64,000 nucleotides of DNA, from assembly GCA_965217185.1 (NCBI GenBank), contig OZ244252.1:4062469-4126468 (forward strand). Reading direction: 5' to 3'. Both the position numbers and the translations under genes were made by a program. Positions 57,190 through 64,000 of the stretch are shown in pieces; position 1 is the first letter of the stretch; each line of letters opens with the position of its first letter. This DNA comes from an uncultured Candidatus Entotheonella sp. GTDB taxonomy: Bacteria; Tectomicrobia; Entotheonellia; Entotheonellales; Entotheonellaceae. The notes under the pieces are model-generated. The model did no database searches, was not told the origin of the DNA, and was given only the letters and a program-made list of their open reading frames with translations.

Positions 57190-58746
57190 TCAGCTTGCCT
57201 TGGCTTTGGCTCTCGACTTAGCCCTGGCCTTGGCATCCGGTGCCGGCATGCTCTCCAGGGTTTCCAGCAGCAGGCGGATGCCCCAGCCGGTTGATCCTTT
57301 GGGCACGTACGGCTTGCCCTCGCGCGTCCAGGCCATGCCGGCGATGTCGAGATGCACCCAGGGGGTGTCGCCGACGAACTCCTTGAGGAAGGCGCCGCCG
57401 ATGATTGAGCCGGCCTCGCGTCCGCTGCCGGTGTTCTTGATGTCCGCGAAGTCGCTTTTGATCTGTTTGCTGTATTCGTCGAACAGGGGCAGTTGCCAGA
57501 CCCGTTCCGCGCAGCGCTCACCCGCTTCGCGCAGCCGCGTCATCATGTCGTCGTCGGTACCCATCATGCCGGTGGCTTGGCTGCCCAGGGCGACCACCAC
57601 GGCACCGGTCAAGGTGGCCAGATCAATGATGCAGGCGGGCTTGTATTTTTCCACGGCATACGCCAAGGCATCGGCGAGAATCAAACGGCCCTCGGCGTCG
57701 GTGTTGATCACCTCGACGGTTTTGCCCGACATGGCGCGCAGAATGTCGCCGGGTTTAACGGCTGTGCCGCTCGGCAGATTTTCCGAAGCGGGGACCAGAC
57801 CCACCACACGGCGGGGATAATTTAGGCGTGCCAGCGCCTGCATGGTTCCGAGCACCGCGGCACCGCCCGACATGTCCATCTTCATGTCTTCCATGCCGCC
57901 CGCCGGCTTGATCGAAATGCCGCCGCTGTCGAAGGTCAGCCCCTTGCCAACCAGCACGATCGGTGTGCCGTTGGCACCCCGGGGCGTGTGTTCCAGGATG
58001 ATAAAGGCCGGCGGTTGCGCACTGCCCTGTGCGACCCCCAGCAGGCAGCCCATGTTCAGTTCTTCCATTTCCGACGGGTCCAGGAGCCGGCAGCCCAGCG
58101 ACGTAGTTTCCGCCAGGGTCTGGGCGGTAGTCGCCAAGTAGGAAGGATTGATGTCGTTGCCCGGGCTGTTGCCCAGGTCGCGGGCCAGGGAGACGGCCTC
58201 GGCAATCACCTGGCCCCGCTCGGCGCCGCGTTGTAATTCCTTTTGGGCCGATGCGCTGGTGGCCAGGAGGATCAGTTGCTCCAGGGCGTTCTGGCTGGCC
58301 TCGTCATCCACTGTTTTGTATTTCTTTAATGTATATAGACCCAGGAGGGCGCCTTCCGTAACGGCCTGTGCAAGCTCGGAGGCAGTGGCAGATATGGCGG
58401 GTGGCAATACCGCGAGGCTGGCGGCGCCTAGCTTGCGGGTCGTGGTTGCGGCGCTGGCGCTTGCCTGACGCAGATGCTCCAACTCGCGCGGCTGCGACTT
58501 CTCACCCAGACCTATCAGCAGGACGCGCGGTGCCGCTATCATGCCGCGTGTGCGAAGCAGCGCCGTGCTGTTCAGCGTGCCCTTGAAATCGCCGCTCTCG
58601 ATATAGTCGCCGATCAGCCCCTCAAGACGCGCGTCAAGCTGAGCCGTCGCACCCCTCGTCCCCACTGTTGCACCCTGCCAGAGTGGCACTGCCAACACGT
58701 CCGCCGCCACCGCCTCGGGTTTGTCTCGTTTAATTTCGATAAGCAT
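57190..58746 (-). CDS. pepA: Leucyl aminopeptidase (M17)
   Basis: VGKGLTFDSGG, MKMDMSG, NTDAEGRLILAD, ATLTGA, HLDIAG. Confidence 0.96.
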   Translation of the reverse strand: MLIEIKRDKPEAVAADVLAVPLWQGATVGTRGATAQLDARLEGLIGDYIESGDFKGTLNSTALLRTRGMIAAPRVLLIGLGEKSQPRELEHLRQASASAATTTRKLGAASLAVLPPAISATASELAQAVTEGALLGLYTLKKYKTVDDEASQNALEQLILLATSASAQKELQRGAERGQVIAEAVSLARDLGNSPGNDINPSYLATTAQTLAETTSLGCRLLDPSEMEELNMGCLLGVAQGSAQPPAFIILEHTPRGANGTPIVLVGKGLTFDSGGISIKPAGGMEDMKMDMSGGAAVLGTMQALARLNYPRRVVGLVPASENLPSGTAVKPGDILRAMSGKTVEVINTDAEGRLILADALAYAVEKYKPACIIDLATLTGAVVVALGSQATGMMGTDDDMMTRLREAGERCAERVWQLPLFDEYSKQIKSDFADIKNTGSGREAGSIIGGAFLKEFVGDTPWVHLDIAGMAWTREGKPYVPKGSTGWGIRLLLETLESMPAPDAKARAKSRAKAKAS

Positions 58747-58963
58747 GCCGTTCCCTCGCTATGCCGTGTTGTGGACCCTGTAAACGAAGGCACCCACTAT
58801 ACGAACTGGCATGCGGCAATTCAAGGCGCCGGAGGCTTGATCCGGTGGCTGCCGGCAGGTTTGCGCCGCGCGCGTTTCGGCCTTTCCAGGCGGCTCCGAT
58901 TCAGTACCGGAAAAAGGGATTCTTGTCCTTGTAACTATCTATATTTTGTGGGTTAACGCTTCC

Positions 58964-58993
58964 TTGACAAAGGTTTTGGGGCGTCGCTATAAT
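58964..58993 (+). promoter_or_regulatory. Consensus sigma70 promoter of the yceD-rpmF-plsX-fab operon
   Basis: TTGACA-18 nt-TATAAT. Confidence 0.8.
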
Positions 58994-59057
58994 GGGCGCC
59001 ACTAACTCAACAGCCCGCACTTCTTCTTATCCTGTTGATATACAATAACTTGTAGAG

Positions 59058-59642
59058 ATGAGGGCAGAGCCCGTGGCGCTGTCACAACAGGGTAGTGTCG
59101 TCGCTTTGGCGGTGGATATTCCTCGTATTCCGGATGGAGGGTTGCCGCTGGACGTGGAGGTCGGCGCGGAGGAGTTGCGCTTGCCACAGGCGGCGGAGGT
59201 TACCTTCCCGATTCCGGTGCGCATTCTCGGGCGCCTGACTCGGGTTGCCGAGCAGGTTTATTTTCAGGGCGCGATCTCCGGTACGATGAGCGCGCCGTGC
59301 AGCCGTTGCGTGGAGTCGGCGGCGCACGATTTTGAGGTTGAGACGCAGGTTATGTTCCTTCCGCCGAGCGCTGCTGACCCCCATGAAGACGCCGAGGCGG
59401 TAGGTCTGGAAGACGAATCCGACATTTACGTGCATGACGGAATGAAGCTTGACTTGGCGCCCCCGGTCTACGATCAGGTTGTTCTCGCCTTCCCCGTTCA
59501 GCCTTTGTGTCGTCCTGATTGTGCAGGGCTCTGCCAGATCTGTGGGGGCAATCTCAACGAAGCGTCGTGTGCGTGCCGCACCGAGAGCGGCGATCCGAGG
59601 TTTACCCTGCTGAAAAACCTTTCATTTTCCAAGCCATTATAA
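59058..59642 (+). CDS. yceD: YceD/DUF177 ribosome accumulation protein
   Basis: CSRC, PLCRPDCAGLCQICG.NLN...DPRF; position upstream of rpmF. Confidence 0.9.
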   Translation: MRAEPVALSQQGSVVALAVDIPRIPDGGLPLDVEVGAEELRLPQAAEVTFPIPVRILGRLTRVAEQVYFQGAISGTMSAPCSRCVESAAHDFEVETQVMFLPPSAADPHEDAEAVGLEDESDIYVHDGMKLDLAPPVYDQVVLAFPVQPLCRPDCAGLCQICGGNLNEASCACRTESGDPRFTLLKNLSFSKPL

Positions 59643-59654
59643 GGATGTATCCCA

Positions 59655-59831
59655 ATGGGTGTGCCAAAACGCAAGACATCAAGGTCGCGTCGTGACAAGC
59701 GGCGCAATCATCAACGCTTGCACGTGCCGAGCTTGAGCACCTGCCCTCAATGCGGCGCGGCGCAGCTTCCCCATCGCATTTGCCCAAGTTGCGGGTTCTA
59801 TAAAGAACGCGAGATCATTGCCGCACAATAG
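59655..59831 (+). CDS. rpmF: 50S ribosomal protein L32 (absent from ORF track)
   Basis: MGVPKRKTSRSRRDKRR...CPQCG...PHRICPSCGFYK. Confidence 0.95.
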   Translation: MGVPKRKTSRSRRDKRRNHQRLHVPSLSTCPQCGAAQLPHRICPSCGFYKEREIIAAQ

Positions 59832-59900
59832 GACCCTGGCTGCGGGGAAGGCGAGCGGGTTCAAGTTCTCGGCGCCTGCCCTTGCAAGGTGTCATGATCA

Positions 59901-61007
59901 ATGAAAATCGCGGTCGACGGCATGGGTGGAGACTTCGCCCCGCAGGCGATAGTCGAAGGTGCTGTTCTTGCTGCGCAACAGCACAACACCAGCATTACAT
60001 TGGTGGGCGACGAAGGGCGGCTGGAGCGCGAATTGGACCGCTTACAGGCTCACGCGCTGCCCATCACCATCTGTCACGCCTCGGAAGTCGTGCACATGGA
60101 CGAGGCGCCGGTCATGGCACTGCGCAAGAAACGGTTTTCCTCCATCCGCGTGGCCATGGAATTGGTGCGAAGCGGCGAAGCGCAGGCGGTCGTCAGCGCC
60201 GGCAACACCGGTGCCGCCCTGGGCGCGGCGACGATGATCCTGCGGCCTCTACGTGGTATTGACCGTCCGGCTATTGCGACGCTTTTGCCCACTCAAAAGG
60301 GCGCTTCGATTCTTCTTGACGTTGGTGCCAACGTGGATTGCAAGTCGACCCAGCTCTTCCAGTTCGGGATCATGGGGGACGTTTTTGCCAAGTGCATTCT
60401 GGATAAGCCATACCCCGCCGTCGGCCTGTTGGCGATCGGCGAGGAGGACACCAAGGGCAATGACGTGACCCGAGAAGCCTTTCTTATGCTGAAGCAGAGC
60501 GACCTCAATTTCATCGGCAACATTGAGGGTAAACCCTTTTTCCACGGTGTCGCTGACGTGGTGGTGTGCGACGGATTCATCGGCAACGTGGCGCTGAAGA
60601 TGTGTGAGGGAGTTGCCGAGATGTACGGGCAGGCCCTCAAGACAGCCTTGACGCGAACGCCGTGGCGGCGTCTGGCGGCGACGTTGTTGCGCCCCGCCTT
60701 GCAGGATATTCGCCGCCGTGTGGATGCTTCCGAATATGGCGGCGCGCCGCTTCTTGGCGTTAATGGCACGTGTATCATCGGTCACGGCAACTCGACCCCC
60801 AAGGCCGTCAAGAACGCCATCCACATGGCGCAGCGCTTCCTCGAAGAACGGGTCACGGAGCGCATTCAGGAAGAGGTCGAACGCAACAGCGACATTCAGG
60901 ATGCCAGCGGCGCCCGCGGCCGCAACATCTGGCGCCACATCCGCAGCACCATGTCATTCCGCGGCGAGCGTGAGGAAGAGGACGAGGAGGTCACGTCCGA
61001 ACCTTAG
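59901..61007 (+). CDS. plsX: Phosphate acyltransferase
   Basis: IAVDGMGGDFAP, VSAGNTGA, LDVGAN, VCDGFIGNVALK, YGGAPLLG. Confidence 0.96.
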   Translation: MKIAVDGMGGDFAPQAIVEGAVLAAQQHNTSITLVGDEGRLERELDRLQAHALPITICHASEVVHMDEAPVMALRKKRFSSIRVAMELVRSGEAQAVVSAGNTGAALGAATMILRPLRGIDRPAIATLLPTQKGASILLDVGANVDCKSTQLFQFGIMGDVFAKCILDKPYPAVGLLAIGEEDTKGNDVTREAFLMLKQSDLNFIGNIEGKPFFHGVADVVVCDGFIGNVALKMCEGVAEMYGQALKTALTRTPWRRLAATLLRPALQDIRRRVDASEYGGAPLLGVNGTCIIGHGNSTPKAVKNAIHMAQRFLEERVTERIQEEVERNSDIQDASGARGRNIWRHIRSTMSFRGEREEEDEEVTSEP

Positions 61008-61057
61008 CCGCCTCGCGCCGTTTTTTCTCCGGGCTGCAACAAGAGGGTCACGCTATT

Positions 61058-61969
61058 ATGGCCAGGCGCATCATCTGCGTTTTCCCGGGTCAAGGTTCAC
61101 AATTCGTCGGCATGGGCAAGGACCTCTGTGAGGCCGATGCCGAAGTGTGGGCCCTGTACGAGGAGGCCAACGAGGTTTTGGGCTACGATCTGCAACGCCT
61201 GTGCTTTGAGGGGCCGGAAGACGAGTTGCGGCTGACGCAGAACACCCAGCCCGCCATTCTGGTGCACAGCGTGGCGACATGGGCCCAAGTGGTAAAGGGG
61301 GGGCTGAAACCCGCGTTGCTGGCCGGGCACAGCCTGGGCGAATACTCGGCGCTGGTGGCGGCCGGTGTGCTGACGTTTGCCGATGCGGTGCGCACGGTGC
61401 ACAAGCGGGGTTTGTTCATGCAGCAAGCGGTGCCGCCGGGCGCCGGGAGCATGGCGGCCCTCCTCGGCGTGGCACGGCAGGACGTGGACGCGCTGTGTGC
61501 CGAGTTCGGTAGTGGCGGTGTTCTGCAGGCGGCGAACTACAACGATCCGGGTCAGACCGTCATTGCCGGCGAGACGAACTGCGTCAAGGCGGCCACGGTT
61601 GCCGTCAAGTCGCGGCGCTTGGGCCGCGCGATTCCCTTGAAGGTGAGTGCGCCGTTTCACTGCCGAATGCTGGCGCCGGCAGCCGGGTGCTTGGCTGATG
61701 TTCTGGCGCCTGTGGCCTGCGGGGCGTTTGAGTATCCCGTCATATCCAACGTCACGGCGGCCCCGCATCCGTCTCCCGACGCCGTGAAGGGGCTTCTGGT
61801 CGAGCAGGTCTGCGCGCCGGTACGTTGGGAAGAATCAATGCGTTATGCGGTCTCGCAAGGCTGCGATGCGCTGCTCGAAGTGGGTCCGGGCAAAGTGCTC
61901 GGCGGCATGATGGGGCGCATCGCGCCGCAAGTCGAAGTGATGGCCGTGTCGGAAGCGGCGGTTGGCTGA
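61058..61969 (+). CDS. fabD: Malonyl CoA-ACP transacylase
   Basis: FPGQGSQ, TQPA, GHSLGEY, VSAPFH, EVGPG. Confidence 0.96.
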   Translation: MARRIICVFPGQGSQFVGMGKDLCEADAEVWALYEEANEVLGYDLQRLCFEGPEDELRLTQNTQPAILVHSVATWAQVVKGGLKPALLAGHSLGEYSALVAAGVLTFADAVRTVHKRGLFMQQAVPPGAGSMAALLGVARQDVDALCAEFGSGGVLQAANYNDPGQTVIAGETNCVKAATVAVKSRRLGRAIPLKVSAPFHCRMLAPAAGCLADVLAPVACGAFEYPVISNVTAAPHPSPDAVKGLLVEQVCAPVRWEESMRYAVSQGCDALLEVGPGKVLGGMMGRIAPQVEVMAVSEAAVG

Positions 61970-61979
61970 GCGGAAATCT

Positions 61980-62726
61980 ATGACGGAATTGCAGGGTAAA
62001 GTAGCCGTTGTAACAGGTGGCTCGCGCGGTATCGGACGCGCCATCGCGCTGGCCTTGGGCGGTGCCGGCGCGCGCGTCGCCGTTACCTGCACGCAGCAGC
62101 ATCAGGCGGCCGAGGAGGTGGCAGCGGCCCTGAAAGACATGGGTGGTGAAGGGCGTGTGTATCAGTTCGATATTGCTGACTTTGAGGCCACGTCGCAGGC
62201 TTTTGACCGGATCGGCAGCGATTTCGGCGGCCTCGATGTGTTGGTGAGCAATGCCGGTGTCACGCGCGACCAACTCCTGGTGCGCATGAAACTGGCGGAG
62301 TGGGATATCGTTCTGCAAACCAATCTGTCGGGGACGTTCAACTGCAATCGCGCCGCGGCGCGAACCATGTTGCGTCAGCGCTCCGGGCGTATCATCAACA
62401 TCACCTCGGTCGCCGGGCTGACGGGCAACCCCGGCCAAACCAATTACGCGGCTTCCAAGGCCGGCATCGTAGGGTTCACCAAGGCATTGGCCAAAGAGTT
62501 GGCGCCGCGTAACGTCACGGTCAACGCGGTGGCGCCGGGGTTCATTGATACCGACATGACGCAAGTGCTGCCTGACGCGCAACGGCAGGCGGTGTTACAG
62601 CAGATTCCGGCAGCGCGCTTCGGCACCCCGGAAGACGTTGCGGCGTGTGTGCTCTTTCTTTCTTCCGAGGGTGCGCAGTATATTACTGGGGAGGTTATTC
62701 GGGTAAGTGGTGGCTTGGCCATCTGA
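61980..62726 (+). CDS. fabG: 3-oxoacyl-ACP reductase
   Basis: [33 protein letters not shown]. Confidence 0.96.
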   Translation: MTELQGKVAVVTGGSRGIGRAIALALGGAGARVAVTCTQQHQAAEEVAAALKDMGGEGRVYQFDIADFEATSQAFDRIGSDFGGLDVLVSNAGVTRDQLLVRMKLAEWDIVLQTNLSGTFNCNRAAARTMLRQRSGRIINITSVAGLTGNPGQTNYAASKAGIVGFTKALAKELAPRNVTVNAVAPGFIDTDMTQVLPDAQRQAVLQQIPAARFGTPEDVAACVLFLSSEGAQYITGEVIRVSGGLAI

Positions 62727-62752
62727 TTCCATCCGTATGGGGGAGAAAACGC

Positions 62753-62998
62753 ATGAGCGTTGAGGCAAAGGTGCAAGGGATTATCGCCGAGCAACTCGGT
62801 GTGGATGAAAAAGAAGTCACCGAGTCGGCGTCATTCATCGATGATTTGGGGGCCGATTCGCTGGACACCGTCGAATTGGTCATGGCCTTTGAGGAAGAGT
62901 TCGACATTGAGATATCGGACGAGGACGCCGAAGAAATTACCACCGTGGCCGACGCCATCCGATACATCACCGAGAAAACCTCCGAAAAGACGTCCTGA
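62753..62998 (+). CDS. acpP: Acyl carrier protein
   Basis: [21 protein letters not shown]. Confidence 0.97.
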   Translation: MSVEAKVQGIIAEQLGVDEKEVTESASFIDDLGADSLDTVELVMAFEEEFDIEISDEDAEEITTVADAIRYITEKTSEKTS

Positions 62999-63070
62999 AC
63001 GTGGTGCAAGCTGTCAGCCGGGTCGCCGTCGGAGCGAGCGTCGGGGGCTGACGTAAGGACGGCCATCAGA

Positions 63071-64000
63071 ATGGCGAACAGCAACGAGCACAACAGGACG
63101 TTGAGGCGTGTGGTCATCACGGGTCTGGGAGCCGTGACCCCCCTTGGCACGGATGTCCCGACCTCCTGGCAAGCCGCGCTGCGCGGCGACAATGGCATCG
63201 GGGGGATCCAATGTTTTGATGCCAGCGCGTTTCCGTGCCGGATTGCCGGTGAGGTGAAAGAAGATTTCCAGCCGCTCGACTACATCGACAAAAAAGAAGT
63301 GAAGCGCATGGATCGCTTCGTGCAGTTTGCCTTGGCCAGCGCGGACATGGCGGTGGCCGATGCCGAAATGCGCTTTGCGCCCGACGAATCACAGCGCTAC
63401 GGGTGCCTGCTGGGCGTAGGGCTCGGTGGCATGGCGACGTTCGAACGCAACCATGAAAGTCTGTTGCGGACTGGTCCGCAGCGCGTTTCCCCTTTCTTCA
63501 TTCCCATGCTGATCGGCAACATGGCGGCGGGGCACGTCTGCATGCGCTACGGGCTGCGGGGCCCGAATTCCTGCGTGTCCACGGCGTGCGCGGCCGGCAC
63601 GCATGCCATCGGCGATTCCTTCAAAATCATTCAACGCGGCGACGCGGACGTGATGCTGAGCGGGGGTTGTGAGTCCGTTGTTACGCCGCTGGGGGTTGGC
63701 GGCTTCTGCGCCATGCGTGCCCTCTCTACCCGTAACGACGAGCCCGACCGTGCCAGTCGTCCTTTTGACGAGCAGCGGGATGGCTTCGTGTTGGGCGAAG
63801 GCGCCGGTATCCTGGTGCTGGAAGAACTGGAGCGGGCGCGGCAGCGGGGCGCGGCGATTTATGCTGAAGTCGTGGGCTATGGCATGAGTGCCGATGCCTA
63901 CCACATGACGCAGCCCGATCCAGAAGCCAAGGGAGTCGCCATCTGCATGCAGCGGGCACTCGACGACGCCGGGCTGAGGACGGACGAGGTTGCCTATGTC
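63071..64000 (+). CDS. fabF: Beta-ketoacyl-ACP synthase II, runs off the window end
   Basis: RRVVITGLGAVTPLG, STACAAGTHAIG, ASRPFD..RDGFVLGEGAG, DAYHMT. Confidence 0.95.
   Translation, partial: MANSNEHNRTLRRVVITGLGAVTPLGTDVPTSWQAALRGDNGIGGIQCFDASAFPCRIAGEVKEDFQPLDYIDKKEVKRMDRFVQFALASADMAVADAEMRFAPDESQRYGCLLGVGLGGMATFERNHESLLRTGPQRVSPFFIPMLIGNMAAGHVCMRYGLRGPNSCVSTACAAGTHAIGDSFKIIQRGDADVMLSGGCESVVTPLGVGGFCAMRALSTRNDEPDRASRPFDEQRDGFVLGEGAGILVLEELERARQRGAAIYAEVVGYGMSADAYHMTQPDPEAKGVAICMQRALDDAGLRTDEVAYV

Overview
GC-rich bacterial chromosomal window. (1) 1-6.5 kb: MoxR-type cluster (TPR/HEXXH protein, MoxR, DUF58, BatA/VWA, DUF4159), apparently split from its GATase-like/VWA member at 18.1-20.4 kb by an ~11 kb type I R-M island. 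The island holds hsdM; an hsdS containing an inverted-repeat-flanked, in-frame DUF559 nuclease cassette that is itself hit by IS481; a HEPN-like DUF3644 gene; TA genes; and hsdR. (2) 20.6-34.7 kb: glnB-glnA under a sigma54 promoter, CoA-transferases, TauD, an unexplained promoter/short-ORF/terminator unit, acetoin/pyruvate dehydrogenase E1a/E1b/E2, mutY, Ldh and LLM oxidoreductases. (3) 34.8-42.9 kb: a decayed brnTA - SNF2 helicase - actin/Hsp70-fold ATPase locus broken by IS630, an IS5-like element and a MITE; removing each insert restores the reading frames. (4) 45.4-52.6 kb: a decaying integrative element at tRNA-Ala with a 26-bp att repeat, carrying a likely Sec-peroxiredoxin. (5) 52.6-64 kb: stand-alone tRNA-Ile/tRNA-Ala, rlmI-like, a TGS GTPase, acoX-like, a likely Sec PrdB/GrdB-like protein, pepA and yceD-rpmF-plsX-fabD-fabG-acpP-fabF. 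Several families of small palindromic elements are present, some inserted in frame in genes. Family assignments come from motif recognition by eye; no searches were run.
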